From: an uncultured delta proteobacterium
GTDB lineage: Bacteria > Desulfobacterota > Binatia > Binatales > Binataceae
Direction of reading: 5' to 3'
DNA length: 64,000 bases
Assembly (NCBI GenBank): GCA_963765675.1
Contig: CAVXXK010000001.1
Coordinates: forward strand, 992,001 to 1,056,000
This document shows positions 41,550 to 51,146 of this stretch, in pieces. Position 1 is the first letter of the stretch. Every line of letters starts with the position of its first letter. A model generated the notes under the pieces. That model searched no databases and was not told the DNA's origin. It worked only from the letters and a program-made list of their open reading frames with translations. A program made the translations under genes and the position numbers.

Positions 41550-43556
41550 GTGGCGGACAAGGTTATTTTCCTGCGCGACCCTAATCGGGAGGCAGGCGAG
41601 CGCGTTTACAAGATCAAGTATGCCGAGCTGCTGAACCCGGCTCAGCTTGCCGCAGTGACGCATCGCGACGGCCCCCTGCTGGTGATCGCGGGAGCGGGTT
41701 CGGGAAAGACCCGCACGCTCATCTACCGCGTCGCGCGGCTGATCGAGAGCGGAGTTCCGCCCGGCGCGATCCTGCTGATGACGTTTACCCGGCGCGCGGC
41801 GCAGGAGATGCTCGATCGCGTCGAGCGGCTGGTTGGCGAGAGCTCGCGCTCAGTCGCGGGCGGCACCTTTCACTCTTTCGCGAACAATATCCTGCGCCGG
41901 CACGGCGCGCAGATGGGGCTCAAGCCGAATTTCACGATTCTCGATCGCGGTGACATGGAGGACGTGATCAATCTGCTGCGCGCGCGGATGGGGCTTGCGT
42001 CGCGCGAGCGGCGCTTTCCCAAGAAAAGCACGGTCGCCGAAGTGATCAGCATGGCGCGCAACAAGATGCGCGAGCTGGCCGAGGAGATCGAGCTCGACTT
42101 CGCGCACCTGATCGAGCATCAGGGCGAGATCGTCGCGCTCGCCGAAAAGTACGAGGCCTACAAGCGCGAACGCGCGCTGCTGGACTACGACGACCTGCTC
42201 TACCGGCTCGCCGAATTGCTGCGGCAGTATCCGCAGGTTCGCCAGCGCCTGTCGCAGAGCTATCGCTACATCATGATCGACGAGTACCAGGACACTAATC
42301 GCATCCAGGCCGAACTGGTGCAGCTCCTCGCCTCGGAGCATCGCAACGTGATGGCGGTGGGCGACGACGCGCAGTCGATCTATTCGTTTCGCGGCGCAAA
42401 TTTCCACAACATCATGGATTTTCCCGAGCTGTTCGACGGCGCGCGCGTGATCAAGCTCGAAGAGAATTACCGCTCGGTGCAGGGAATCCTCGACGTCGCT
42501 AACGAAGTGATCTCGCGCGCGGCCGAAAAGTACACCAAGGTCCTGTTCACCTCGCGCCGCGGCGAATTCCGTCCGATCCTGGTGCGCGCGCAGGACGAGC
42601 ACATGCAGTCGCGTTTTGTCGCGCAGCGGATCCTGGAGCTGCGCGAAGAAGGCGTCGAGCTGGGCGAGATGGCGGTGCTGTTCCGTTCGAGCTTTCACTC
42701 GTTCGATCTCGAACTCGAGCTTCAGCGCCGCGATATTCCGTTCATCAAGCGCGGCGGATTCAAGTTTATCGAGACTGCGCACATCAAGGACGTGCTCGCG
42801 CATCTGCGCGTGATCGCAAATCCCGCCGACGCGGTTTCATGGCTGCGCGCGCTGATGCTCGTGCGCGGAGTCGGGCATCGCACCGCAGAGCGCACTGTCG
42901 AGATGCTGGTAACCGCCGACGCGCCCGAACGCGAACTCGCGCGCCTGGGGCAATCAGGAGGACGGGGCGGCGCGGCCTCTGGCTACGCGCAGCTTGCGGC
43001 GCTGCTCGCGGGCATCCGAGGCGAATCGAAACGCCCCGCGGAGCAGATTGCCGCGACGCTTGCGTACTATCTGCCGCTGATGCGCGAGGCGTATCCCGAC
43101 GATTTTCCCAAACGCGAGCGCGACCTCGAGCACTTTCAGAACATCACCGAGCGCTACCGCAGCCTCGAGACGATGCTCGCCGACATGGCGCTCGAACCGC
43201 CGAGCGATTCTCTTGGCGGCGTTCTGGCCGAGGGTCCCGAGGACGAGTTCCTGACGCTCAGCACGATTCATTCGGCCAAGGGCCTCGAATGGCGCGTTGT
43301 GTTCGTGATCTGGGCAGCGGACGGCCGCTTTCCCGGTCCGATGAGCGTGGACGAAGAGTCTATAGAAGAAGAGCGGCGCCTGATGTACGTAGCGAGCACC
43401 CGCGCGCGCGACGAGCTCTACTTGACCTATCCGATCTACATGTTCGATCGCATGAACGGCTACATGATGGGCCGCGCCTCGCGCTTCCTCGACGATCTTC
43501 CCGCCGAAATCCTACCCACCGCCACGCTGCAGGACGCCGAAGAAGCGAACACATAA
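41550..43556 (+). CDS. UvrD/Rep/PcrA-family ATP-dependent helicase
   Basis: AGAGSGKT, DEYQDTN, VGDDAQSIYSFRGA, NYRS, TIHSAKGLEW, EERRLMYVA; start uncertain. Confidence 0.96.
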   Translation: MADKVIFLRDPNREAGERVYKIKYAELLNPAQLAAVTHRDGPLLVIAGAGSGKTRTLIYRVARLIESGVPPGAILLMTFTRRAAQEMLDRVERLVGESSRSVAGGTFHSFANNILRRHGAQMGLKPNFTILDRGDMEDVINLLRARMGLASRERRFPKKSTVAEVISMARNKMRELAEEIELDFAHLIEHQGEIVALAEKYEAYKRERALLDYDDLLYRLAELLRQYPQVRQRLSQSYRYIMIDEYQDTNRIQAELVQLLASEHRNVMAVGDDAQSIYSFRGANFHNIMDFPELFDGARVIKLEENYRSVQGILDVANEVISRAAEKYTKVLFTSRRGEFRPILVRAQDEHMQSRFVAQRILELREEGVELGEMAVLFRSSFHSFDLELELQRRDIPFIKRGGFKFIETAHIKDVLAHLRVIANPADAVSWLRALMLVRGVGHRTAERTVEMLVTADAPERELARLGQSGGRGGAASGYAQLAALLAGIRGESKRPAEQIAATLAYYLPLMREAYPDDFPKRERDLEHFQNITERYRSLETMLADMALEPPSDSLGGVLAEGPEDEFLTLSTIHSAKGLEWRVVFVIWAADGRFPGPMSVDEESIEEERRLMYVASTRARDELYLTYPIYMFDRMNGYMMGRASRFLDDLPAEILPTATLQDAEEANT

Positions 43557-43630
43557 CGGCGCCGAGGAACGCCCAATCAGTGCACGACGGTTTCGATTTC
43601 CGATGATCGCAGCTTGGTCTGTCCAATCCG

Positions 43631-43668
43631 GGGTCCTTCGACTCGCGCAACGCTCGCTCAGGATGACA
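43631..43668 (-). repeat. REP-like element (TGTCATCCTGAGC...CGAAGGACCC)
   Basis: Reverse complement resembles 14028-14056; lies between convergent genes. Confidence 0.7.
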
Positions 43669-43695
43669 CCAAACCAATCCTCGAAATCGTGAGAT

Positions 43696-44322
43696 TCACA
43701 AAGGACTCTTCATCACCTCGAACTTTACGTAGCCGGGCACCGGTTCGTCGACATGCATAGGTAGCGAGACTTCGCGCAGGACAGGGACCTTCTCGGTGAT
43801 CGTGCCAGTTGCGGGCGCGTCTTTCGGGACTGTGATCACGCGCGTGCCGACGAATCGCACTACCGCCGGCAGCATCCTGCCAGTGTCGAGGTAGCGAGTA
43901 TGCGTGGCTTCGAGCAAGGTGTCGAATTTGAACAGTTTCGAGCCCGCGCGAATCAGATACTCGTTGTGACCGAGTGGCCGCACCATCGTCGATTCGCTCA
44001 TCACGTAGATATGCCCGACCGTCGGCCGCAGAAACCCGGGGTAGAGCGGATTGACGCCGAGCCAGAACGGGATGACGACGCGGCGATTTTCAGCCCATCC
44101 GGTCAGATGAACCTGCGCCTGGCGATCGTTGTCGCCGAGCGTGAAATCCTTGCCATCGAAATCGCGCAGGATGTCGCGGCTTAGCTGGTCCTGCGGCGGA
44201 GTGTTGATCTCACCGGTCGGGCCGAAATCCAGCGCCTTGTCCGGGGTGCATCCGGTGATGCCCGCGATCATGAGCGCCGCAATCGCGGCGACGCTCCATG
44301 CTTTGATTTGCGCGCGATTCAT
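43696..44322 (-). CDS. Hypothetical lipoprotein (paralog 2)
   Basis: ITGC lipobox; ATGA overlap with the upstream paralog. Confidence 0.8.
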   Translation of the reverse strand: MNRAQIKAWSVAAIAALMIAGITGCTPDKALDFGPTGEINTPPQDQLSRDILRDFDGKDFTLGDNDRQAQVHLTGWAENRRVVIPFWLGVNPLYPGFLRPTVGHIYVMSESTMVRPLGHNEYLIRAGSKLFKFDTLLEATHTRYLDTGRMLPAVVRFVGTRVITVPKDAPATGTITEKVPVLREVSLPMHVDEPVPGYVKFEVMKSPL

Positions 44323-44918
44323 CCGATGCGAAAACGCGCGTAGCTTGCCGGTACTCGGCCCTCGAGCGTCCATTTCATCGGCAGTGAGACCTCGCGCACG
44401 ACCGGGATCTCCACTTTCTTGCCGTCGCCGCGGGTGAATTCGCGCTTGCCCATGTATTGCACGATCGTCGGGAGAATTTTTCCGCCGCTGTCGTAATGCG
44501 TGCGCGTCGTGATGAATACAGTCTCCTGCTTCACGAGCGTGCTGCCGGCCTCGATCATCCATTCGCCGGGAGTTTCGAGCGGCTTGCCCAGGGTCGCCTC
44601 GCTGATCACGTAGTAATCGCCTTCTTTCGGTTGCGTGACGCCGGGGACCAGGATGTTCACACCGAACCAGAAAGGCAGCTTCATCCAGGCGTTGTTGCCC
44701 GAGCCGAGCGGACGAACCATCGCGACCGTGTTGCTCTCGCCGAGGATAAATTCGCGGCCGCGAAAGTTTTCCTCGACCGACTCTGCGCTGGCGTAAATCG
44801 AATGAGCAGCAGGCGGTGGCGCGGGCCGGCCGCATCCTGCTGCGGCGCATAGCGCGGCCGCGGTGAATAGCGCGCCGACGATAAGCGCAATCTTCTGACG
44901 CTTAGGCCGCACGCGCAT
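44319..44918 (-). CDS. Hypothetical lipoprotein (paralog 1)
   Basis: AAGC lipobox; shares PFWxGVN and REVSLPM with the next gene. Confidence 0.8.
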   Translation of the reverse strand: MRVRPKRQKIALIVGALFTAAALCAAAGCGRPAPPPAAHSIYASAESVEENFRGREFILGESNTVAMVRPLGSGNNAWMKLPFWFGVNILVPGVTQPKEGDYYVISEATLGKPLETPGEWMIEAGSTLVKQETVFITTRTHYDSGGKILPTIVQYMGKREFTRGDGKKVEIPVVREVSLPMKWTLEGRVPASYARFRIG

Positions 44919-45855
44919 AATGAGTCGCAATCTCTCGGCCGACCAGCTCGATTTGTTGGTCCCATGAATCGGGCGCGGCGATCGGCCATAGCACGAACTT
45001 GTCGAGTCCCTTTGCGATGTATCGTTCCATTTGCGCCGCGATGTCTTCGGCGGAGCCGTACACGCTGCGCTCCAGAAATGCTTCCGACCCGCGGCCCATC
45101 GCGGAAAGCATCGGCTGCATCTCCTTAAGCGCCTTTTCGCGCGAGCTTGCGATCCGGCAGAGCAGAATCAATCCCGATTCGATTCGCGCGTTAGCGCGGC
45201 CGTATTCGGCGGCGTAGGCGCGAATTTTCGCCATGCTCGATTCGTATTCCTCTGGCGTCTGAAACGAGGCGAAAAATCCGTCGCCCAGCCGCGCCGTGCG
45301 TCGCAGCGCCGATTCCGCGCGGCCGCCGATCCAGATGTCCATCGTGCCGAAGTCGTTGTTTGCGCGCGCCGCAGGGCGCGGCTCGATCGTGACGTTGTCG
45401 AAATTGAAGAACCTGCCGTGATAGCTCGCCTGCCGATCTTTCCAGACCGCGCGCAGAACCTCGATTCCCTCGTCCAGCCGCTTGCCGCGGGCGTCCGGCG
45501 AAATTCCGCACGCCGCATAGTCGGCCAGATTCGATCCGGTTCCGACCGCCATCACCATCCTGCCGCCGGACAGGTAATCCAACGAAGCAAATGACTTCGC
45601 CGCCATCAGCGGATGCCGCAGGTTCAGGAGCAGCACGCTCGGCCCCAGCTTCATCCTCGAGGTGCGCGAGGCGATGAGCGATAAGGTCGCGACCACATCG
45701 AGCTCCGGCGACGGCGCGAGCAGATGGTCCGAGAGCCAGAACGAATCCAGGCCCCACTCTTCGGCCCGCTCTGCCACCCGCGCAATCGTCTCGGCCGACG
45801 GCATTCCCAGCCGCCACAGTCCAAAACCAGCACCTATCTTTACTTGCGGTGTCAT
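44902..45855 (-). CDS. LLM-class flavin/F420-dependent oxidoreductase
   Basis: WLSDH, LRHPL..AK..ASLDYLSGGR, IWIGG, RTARLGDG. Confidence 0.92.
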   Translation of the reverse strand: MTPQVKIGAGFGLWRLGMPSAETIARVAERAEEWGLDSFWLSDHLLAPSPELDVVATLSLIASRTSRMKLGPSVLLLNLRHPLMAAKSFASLDYLSGGRMVMAVGTGSNLADYAACGISPDARGKRLDEGIEVLRAVWKDRQASYHGRFFNFDNVTIEPRPAARANNDFGTMDIWIGGRAESALRRTARLGDGFFASFQTPEEYESSMAKIRAYAAEYGRANARIESGLILLCRIASSREKALKEMQPMLSAMGRGSEAFLERSVYGSAEDIAAQMERYIAKGLDKFVLWPIAAPDSWDQQIELVGREIATHYARAA

Positions 45856-45926
45856 CGATGCACACTATTTCGTCGCGCCGTATTTTGCATAGCCATATGG
45901 TAGATACTAGCATGAGGTCCGCCTTG

Positions 45927-46700
45927 ATGAATTCCAATCACGCGCCAATGCGCAAGAACCGCGCGAGCGTAACCATGCTTGGCACGGGAGACGCCTTTGC
46001 CAGCGGTGGCCGCGCGCAGGCCGGGTTCATCATCGACGCCAACGGCACGCGCATCCTGATGGAGGCGGGGCCTGAGATTCTGGGCGCGATGAAGCGGCAC
46101 GGAATTCGGCCCAATCACCTCGATCTGATTGTTATCAGCCATCTGCATGGCGACCACTTCGGCGGCCTGCCGTTTCTGATTCTCGAATATATGTGGGAAA
46201 GCCGGCTTGATGCTCCTTTAACGATCGTGGGGCCGCGCAATCTGGAATCGCGATGCTGGCGGCTGCTCGCGACGCTGTTCCCGGGCTTCGATCTGAAACA
46301 GATAAAGCACAAGCTGCGTTTCGTCGTGATCGAGCCGGGCGCGACGCTGCAAGTCGGCAAGGTCAAACTCTTCGCAATTCGCAGTCCGCACACCAAGCCC
46401 GACGTCTCGCTCTCGCTCAGGGTCGAAGTGGGTGGCAAGACGATTGTTTTTTCGGGCGATACCGGATGGAACGACGCGTTGGTGAAGCTCGCGGCGGGCG
46501 CCGATCTATTCGTTTGCGAATGCACCTACTTCGAGAGCAATCATCTGAAATTCCATCTGAACTATCCCGAGCTCGCCGAGCAGCGCGGAAAATTCAAGGT
46601 TGGCCGGATGCTGCTGACGCATATCGGACGCGAAGTGCTGAATCATCGGCGCCAGATCAAAATCGAGATGGCGTCCGACGGAATGAAACTCGCGGTGTAG
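45927..46700 (+). CDS. MBL-fold metallohydrolase (RNase Z/BN-like)
   Basis: LGTGDA, SHLHGDH, FSGDT, LTH; start uncertain. Confidence 0.88.
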   Translation: MNSNHAPMRKNRASVTMLGTGDAFASGGRAQAGFIIDANGTRILMEAGPEILGAMKRHGIRPNHLDLIVISHLHGDHFGGLPFLILEYMWESRLDAPLTIVGPRNLESRCWRLLATLFPGFDLKQIKHKLRFVVIEPGATLQVGKVKLFAIRSPHTKPDVSLSLRVEVGGKTIVFSGDTGWNDALVKLAAGADLFVCECTYFESNHLKFHLNYPELAEQRGKFKVGRMLLTHIGREVLNHRRQIKIEMASDGMKLAV

Positions 46701-46739
46701 CGCGGTTCGCGGCGCGAAACCGCGCAAGGATACTCGCTC

Positions 46740-47513
46740 ATGGGAATTGCAGACGGAAAACGCGCGCTGATTGTCGGCGTTGCGAACGACAAGAGCCTCG
46801 CATGGTCGATCGCGCAGGAGCTGCACGCGCAGGGCGCGGAGATCGCGCTGACCTATCAGGGCGAAGTGCTCGAAAAGCGCGTGCGTCCGCTCGCCGCGCA
46901 GATTGAGGCCGACGTTATTGGCGAGCTCGACGTTAATAACGACGCGCAGATCGCTGAAGTCGTCGCCAAGCTCGAACGCAAGTGGGGCGGACTCGACATG
47001 CTCGTTCACGCGGTTGCGTTTGCCGAGCGCGAGGATTTACGCGATCGGTTTCTGAACGTCACGCGGCAGAACTTTTCGCGCTCGCTCGAGATCAGCGCCT
47101 ACTCGCTAGTCGCGCTCGCTCGCGCCGCCGAGCCCCTTATGGCGGCGCGCGGAGGCGGCTCGATCGTCACGCTAAGTTATATCGGCGCGGTGCGCGCCGT
47201 CCCTAACTACAACGTGATGGGAGTCGCCAAGGCGGCTCTGGAAGCCTGCGTCCGCTACCTGGCGATTGATTTGGGCCCGAAGAACATCCGCGTCAACGCG
47301 CTCAGCGCCGGTCCGGCACGCACACTCTCGTCCTCAGCAATCAGCGGGTTTCACACGATGGCGCACGAGGTCGAAAATCGCGCGCCTTTGCGCCGGGGCA
47401 TGAAAATCGAAGAAGCGGGGAAGATGGCCGCCGTTCTCCTGAGCGATCTTTCGACCGGTGTCACTGGCCAGACAGTGTACGTGGACGTCGGCTACAACAT
47501 CGTAGGGTTTTGA
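46740..47513 (+). CDS. fabI: Enoyl-ACP reductase
   Basis: GVANDKSLAW, YNVMGVAKAALE, RVNALSAGP. Confidence 0.96.
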   Translation: MGIADGKRALIVGVANDKSLAWSIAQELHAQGAEIALTYQGEVLEKRVRPLAAQIEADVIGELDVNNDAQIAEVVAKLERKWGGLDMLVHAVAFAEREDLRDRFLNVTRQNFSRSLEISAYSLVALARAAEPLMAARGGGSIVTLSYIGAVRAVPNYNVMGVAKAALEACVRYLAIDLGPKNIRVNALSAGPARTLSSSAISGFHTMAHEVENRAPLRRGMKIEEAGKMAAVLLSDLSTGVTGQTVYVDVGYNIVGF

Positions 47514-47534
47514 TTTTCTTCAAGGAGTAGTGCG

Positions 47535-48311
47535 ATGGCGATTCATATCGTTCCCCAGCTCTCCGACAATTTTGCTTACCTCGTGGTTGATGAAACCAGC
47601 AAGGAATGCGCAGTGGTGGATTGCGCGGAAGCCGACAAGGTTATCGCTGCCGCGCGCGGTCTCGGTGTGCAGATCGCCGCGGTGCTGACGACGCATTGGC
47701 ACGGAGATCACAGCGGCGGCAATCAGGAGCTCGCGGCGAAAATCGAGGGCATCAAGGTTTACGGCGCGAGCGCGGAGAACGGCAGAATTCCTGCGCTGAC
47801 CAATCCGGTGGCTGACGGCGACACGGTCAGGATCGGCGCGCTCGAAGCGCGTGTGATCGGAATTCCCGCGCATACCAATGGCCACGTCGCATATTATTTT
47901 CCGAAGCTTGAGTCGGTCTTCACCGGGGACACGATGTTTATCGGCGGATGCGGCCGCGTGTTCGAAGGCAAGGCGGCCACGATGGTCGCGTCGCTAAAGC
48001 GCCTGTCGTCACTGCCTGATTCGACGCGAGTTTACTGTGGCCATGAGTACACCGAGAAGAATCTCCGCTTCGCGCTGACGCTCGAGCCGAATAACGCCGC
48101 GCTGAAAGCCAAACACGATTGGTCGCTCAAGACGCGCGGCGAAGGCAAATGGACCGTGCCCTCGACGATCGGCGACGAAAAGCAGATCAATCCGTTTCTG
48201 CGCATGGACAGCGCCGAGCTGCGCGCGAGCCTCAAGAAGATCGATCCTGCGCTCGCAAACGATCCGGTCGCTATCTTCGCCAAGGCCCGCGAATTGAAGG
48301 ATCGGTTCTAA
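47535..48311 (+). CDS. gloB: Hydroxyacylglutathione hydrolase (glyoxalase II)
   Basis: THWHGDH, FTGDTMF.GGCGR, CGHEYT..NL.FA, STIGDEK..NPFLR. Confidence 0.92.
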   Translation: MAIHIVPQLSDNFAYLVVDETSKECAVVDCAEADKVIAAARGLGVQIAAVLTTHWHGDHSGGNQELAAKIEGIKVYGASAENGRIPALTNPVADGDTVRIGALEARVIGIPAHTNGHVAYYFPKLESVFTGDTMFIGGCGRVFEGKAATMVASLKRLSSLPDSTRVYCGHEYTEKNLRFALTLEPNNAALKAKHDWSLKTRGEGKWTVPSTIGDEKQINPFLRMDSAELRASLKKIDPALANDPVAIFAKARELKDRF

Positions 48312-48352
48312 GAACTCAGAGCTAACTCGTATTCAAGCAATTCGCCTGCGAT

Positions 48353-48784
48353 TCAGAACGGCTTCAGAATCGCGAGCATCAGGATCGCCAGCACCAGCAG
48401 GCTCACTACTCCATGAACGACCGCAAATTCGCGCCGGGTCGAGGCACTGGGATTGTCTTCGAGGAATCGAATCCGGCGGTAGAAGCGTACGTGATAAAAC
48501 AGGATCACGGCGATCAGCAGCAGCTTCGCGTGAAGCCATCCCTGCCGCAGAACTTCGGGCCGCATCAATATCAGGATGATTCCAAGGCCGACCGTGATCG
48601 CGGCGCCCAGGTTTACCGTGATTTCGAACAGTCGCCGTATGGTTCCGAGCAATCGCTCCTTGGGAAGCCCGACTTCCTCCGGCACACGGCCGAGCAGGCT
48701 CGCGAGCATCAGCAATCCGCCGATCCAGAAAATCACGCCGAACAGATGAAGTGCCAACACGATTTGGAAGAAGGCGTCGCTCAA
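48353..48784 (-). CDS. HemJ/CopD-family membrane protein
   Basis: LHLFGVIFWIGGL, GWLHAKL, C-terminal KPF. Confidence 0.78.
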   Translation of the reverse strand: MSDAFFQIVLALHLFGVIFWIGGLLMLASLLGRVPEEVGLPKERLLGTIRRLFEITVNLGAAITVGLGIILILMRPEVLRQGWLHAKLLLIAVILFYHVRFYRRIRFLEDNPSASTRREFAVVHGVVSLLVLAILMLAILKPF

Positions 48785-48949
48785 TTCAGTATCTCCTAAG
48801 ACGGTCGTCTAAGATGCTCCAAGGGTTCGCAGACTGCACGAACGTACCGTATCGACGCGGATGGTAGAAGCGCCTGCAATCCCGCAGGGCGCTTGCTAGC
48901 GGCGTCGGCGGATAGCATTTATGAAACATCGAGCGACGGAGGTTTTGAG

Positions 48950-50284
48950 ATGGCGGATTCCTACTTGTCCGAGCTGAGGCGAAAAACCGTCGGTGCCGAA
49001 GAGGCTGCGGCGTCAGTCAAATCGGGCGACTGGGTCGAGTACGGATTCGGACTGGGGCAGCCTGATCTGTTCGATCAGGCGCTCGCGGCGCGCGTCGGCA
49101 AGCTCGAGCGCGTGAAGCTGCGTGGATGCCTTGCGATGAAACCGCGCGCGGTGATTGACGCCGATCCCGATGGACGTCACGTCGATTATTTTTCCTGGTA
49201 TTTCTCGGGTCTCGAACGGAAGCTGCACGATCGCGGCCTGTGCCATCATATTCCGATGAACTTCGGCGAGGCACCCGACGACTATCGCCGCTTCGTCGAC
49301 GTGGACGTCGCGGTGCTGAAGTGCGCGCCGATGGACGAGCACGGCTATTTCAATTTCGGTCCGTCGGTGACCTATCACAAAGCGATCACCGAGAAAGCCA
49401 AGCATCTGATAATCGAAACCGACGCGAGCGTGCCGTATGTTTTTGGGCTCGAGTGCGGCGTTCATATCAGCGATGTCGATCAGGTGATCGACGCCGGCAC
49501 AGGCGTGCTGCCCGAGCTCAAAAATCCCGCACCGGGTCCCGCGGATCAGAAAGTCGCGGAGCTGATCGCGCCGGAAATCAGGAATGGCGCGTGCCTGCAG
49601 ATCGGAATCGGTGCGATGCCGAATGCCGTCGCCGAACTGCTCGCGGGCTCTGCGGTCAAGGATCTCGGGGTCCACACCGAGATGTTCGTCGATTCGCTAA
49701 TCTCGCTGTATGAGGCGGGCAAGATCACCGGAGCGCACAAGGCGGACAATCTTTACCAGATGACTTATTGCTTCGCCGCGGGCTCGTCGCGCCTGTACAA
49801 GTTTCTCGATCGCAATCCGGCCTGCTTCGCGGGCCCGGTCGATTACACGAACTTGCCGCATCACATCATGCGCAACGACAATGCGGTCGCGATCTGCAAC
49901 GCCGCGCAAATCGATCTTACGGGACAAGCCTGCTCCGAATCCGCCGGTATCCGCCAGATCAGCGGCACTGGCGGCCAGCTCCAGTTCATTCGCGGCGCGT
50001 ACGCCTCGGCCGGAGGTAAGGCGATCTTGTGCCTCGCCTCGACCTACGAGCGTGCGGGCAAGCGCGCCAGCCGTATCGTCGCGCGGATCGACGATTCGAA
50101 CGTCGTGACCACGCCGCGCACCGACGTGATGTATGTGGTAAGCGAATATGGAATCGTCAACCTGAAGGGAAAGTCGGTGCCGGAGCGGGCGCGCGCGCTG
50201 ATCGGACTAGCGCATCCGGATTTTCGCGAAGAGCTGGAGCGCACGGCGCGCGACTACCGGCTGTTGCCGCGATCGATCTTTTAG
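48950..50284 (+). CDS. Acetyl-CoA hydrolase/transferase family (4-hydroxybutyrate CoA-transferase-like)
   Basis: LQIGIGAMPNAV, HTEM, SGTGGQ.QF.RGA, LIGLAHPDFR. Confidence 0.93.
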   Translation: MADSYLSELRRKTVGAEEAAASVKSGDWVEYGFGLGQPDLFDQALAARVGKLERVKLRGCLAMKPRAVIDADPDGRHVDYFSWYFSGLERKLHDRGLCHHIPMNFGEAPDDYRRFVDVDVAVLKCAPMDEHGYFNFGPSVTYHKAITEKAKHLIIETDASVPYVFGLECGVHISDVDQVIDAGTGVLPELKNPAPGPADQKVAELIAPEIRNGACLQIGIGAMPNAVAELLAGSAVKDLGVHTEMFVDSLISLYEAGKITGAHKADNLYQMTYCFAAGSSRLYKFLDRNPACFAGPVDYTNLPHHIMRNDNAVAICNAAQIDLTGQACSESAGIRQISGTGGQLQFIRGAYASAGGKAILCLASTYERAGKRASRIVARIDDSNVVTTPRTDVMYVVSEYGIVNLKGKSVPERARALIGLAHPDFREELERTARDYRLLPRSIF

Positions 50285-50598
50285 TGCTGCGTCGAAGCGG
50301 AATCGCCGGTGAATTTGTAGACCAGCTCGCCGTCGCGGGTGAAGCCGAGTTCGCGCCGAATCAGGTGTTCCAGGTAGCGATCGTTGGAACTAAGGTTCTG
50401 AACGCTCGTTCTGAGCGTATCGTTGCGGGCCACAAGCTCCGCGCGCCGCGCCTCGAGCGCGCGGCGCCTGGTGCGCAGAGCCAGCAGATCGTGCGGCCCC
50501 AGCGGGCCCATCGCGAGGCTCGCCCCGAGGACCACTAGGATCCCGCCAAGGATTAGGCAGAGCCATTGGCGCCGCACGTAGTTACTTAAGCGAAACAT
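50281..50598 (-). CDS. ftsB: Septum formation initiator (FtsB/DivIC)
   Basis: TM, coiled coil, LEHLIRRELGFTRDGELVY. Confidence 0.82.
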   Translation of the reverse strand: MFRLSNYVRRQWLCLILGGILVVLGASLAMGPLGPHDLLALRTRRRALEARRAELVARNDTLRTSVQNLSSNDRYLEHLIRRELGFTRDGELVYKFTGDSASTQH

Positions 50599-50734
50599 CG
50601 GGCTAATCGTAAAGCACGGCGGGGGCCGAGTTCAAGACTGCTCCGGCTTAACGTCATTCTAAAGTTCGGAAAGCGTATGGGATCAGCGGCTCGTGCCGAC
50701 TTTAGAATTTCTTTATAAATCTGCGCCGAGCCTG

Positions 50735-50763
50735 TTGCATTCGCAATAACGGGTTTCTATAAT
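50735..50763 (+). promoter_or_regulatory. Near-consensus sigma70 promoter
   Basis: TTGCAT-N17-TATAAT. Confidence 0.75.
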
Positions 50764-50845
50764 CGGCACCGAGGGGTGGGGAAGGTTAGACCACTCATTA
50801 GGTAGGGAGCTTATCCAGCAGCGGCCAACGGAAGAGGAGGTGTCT

Positions 50846-50944
50846 ATGCCAGTGAAGAAGAAGGCCCCCAAGCGGGCCACCAAATCCAAGTCAAAGCTCA
50901 AGAGCGGTATGAAGAAGAAAGCCGGCAAAAAGAAGAAGAAGTAA
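50846..50944 (+). CDS. 32-aa lysine-rich microprotein
   Basis: MPVKKKAPKRATKSKSKLKSGMKKKAGKKKKK; AGAGGAGGT RBS, own promoter and terminator, AAG-biased codons. Confidence 0.75.
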   Translation: MPVKKKAPKRATKSKSKLKSGMKKKAGKKKKK

Positions 50945-51044
50945 CTAGCCAAAAGTTTTCCTCCGAGCTTTAACCCCTCGGAGGCTGGCTAACGATGCCG
51001 GGCTAGCTGCTGGAATGAGCCGAGGCGCTAACGCCTCGTAAACC

Positions 51045-51080
51045 GAGAGAGCCTCCGTAACAGGGGGCTCTTTCCTTTTC
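51045..51080 (+). terminator. Rho-independent terminator
   Basis: gagagcctcc-gtaaca-gggggctc followed by tttccttttc. Confidence 0.75.
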
Positions 51081-51146
51081 CGTGATCCTTGCGTCCGCGC
51101 CGCCTGGCACCTAATGATTGCGATCTGCGCGAGCTGCGCGGCTCTA

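Noticed and set aside
50770-51080. Possible tmRNA, SRP, RNase P or 6S RNA
   Set aside because: No tRNA-like ends, Ala-Ala-ending tag, SRP loop motif or RNase P signature seen
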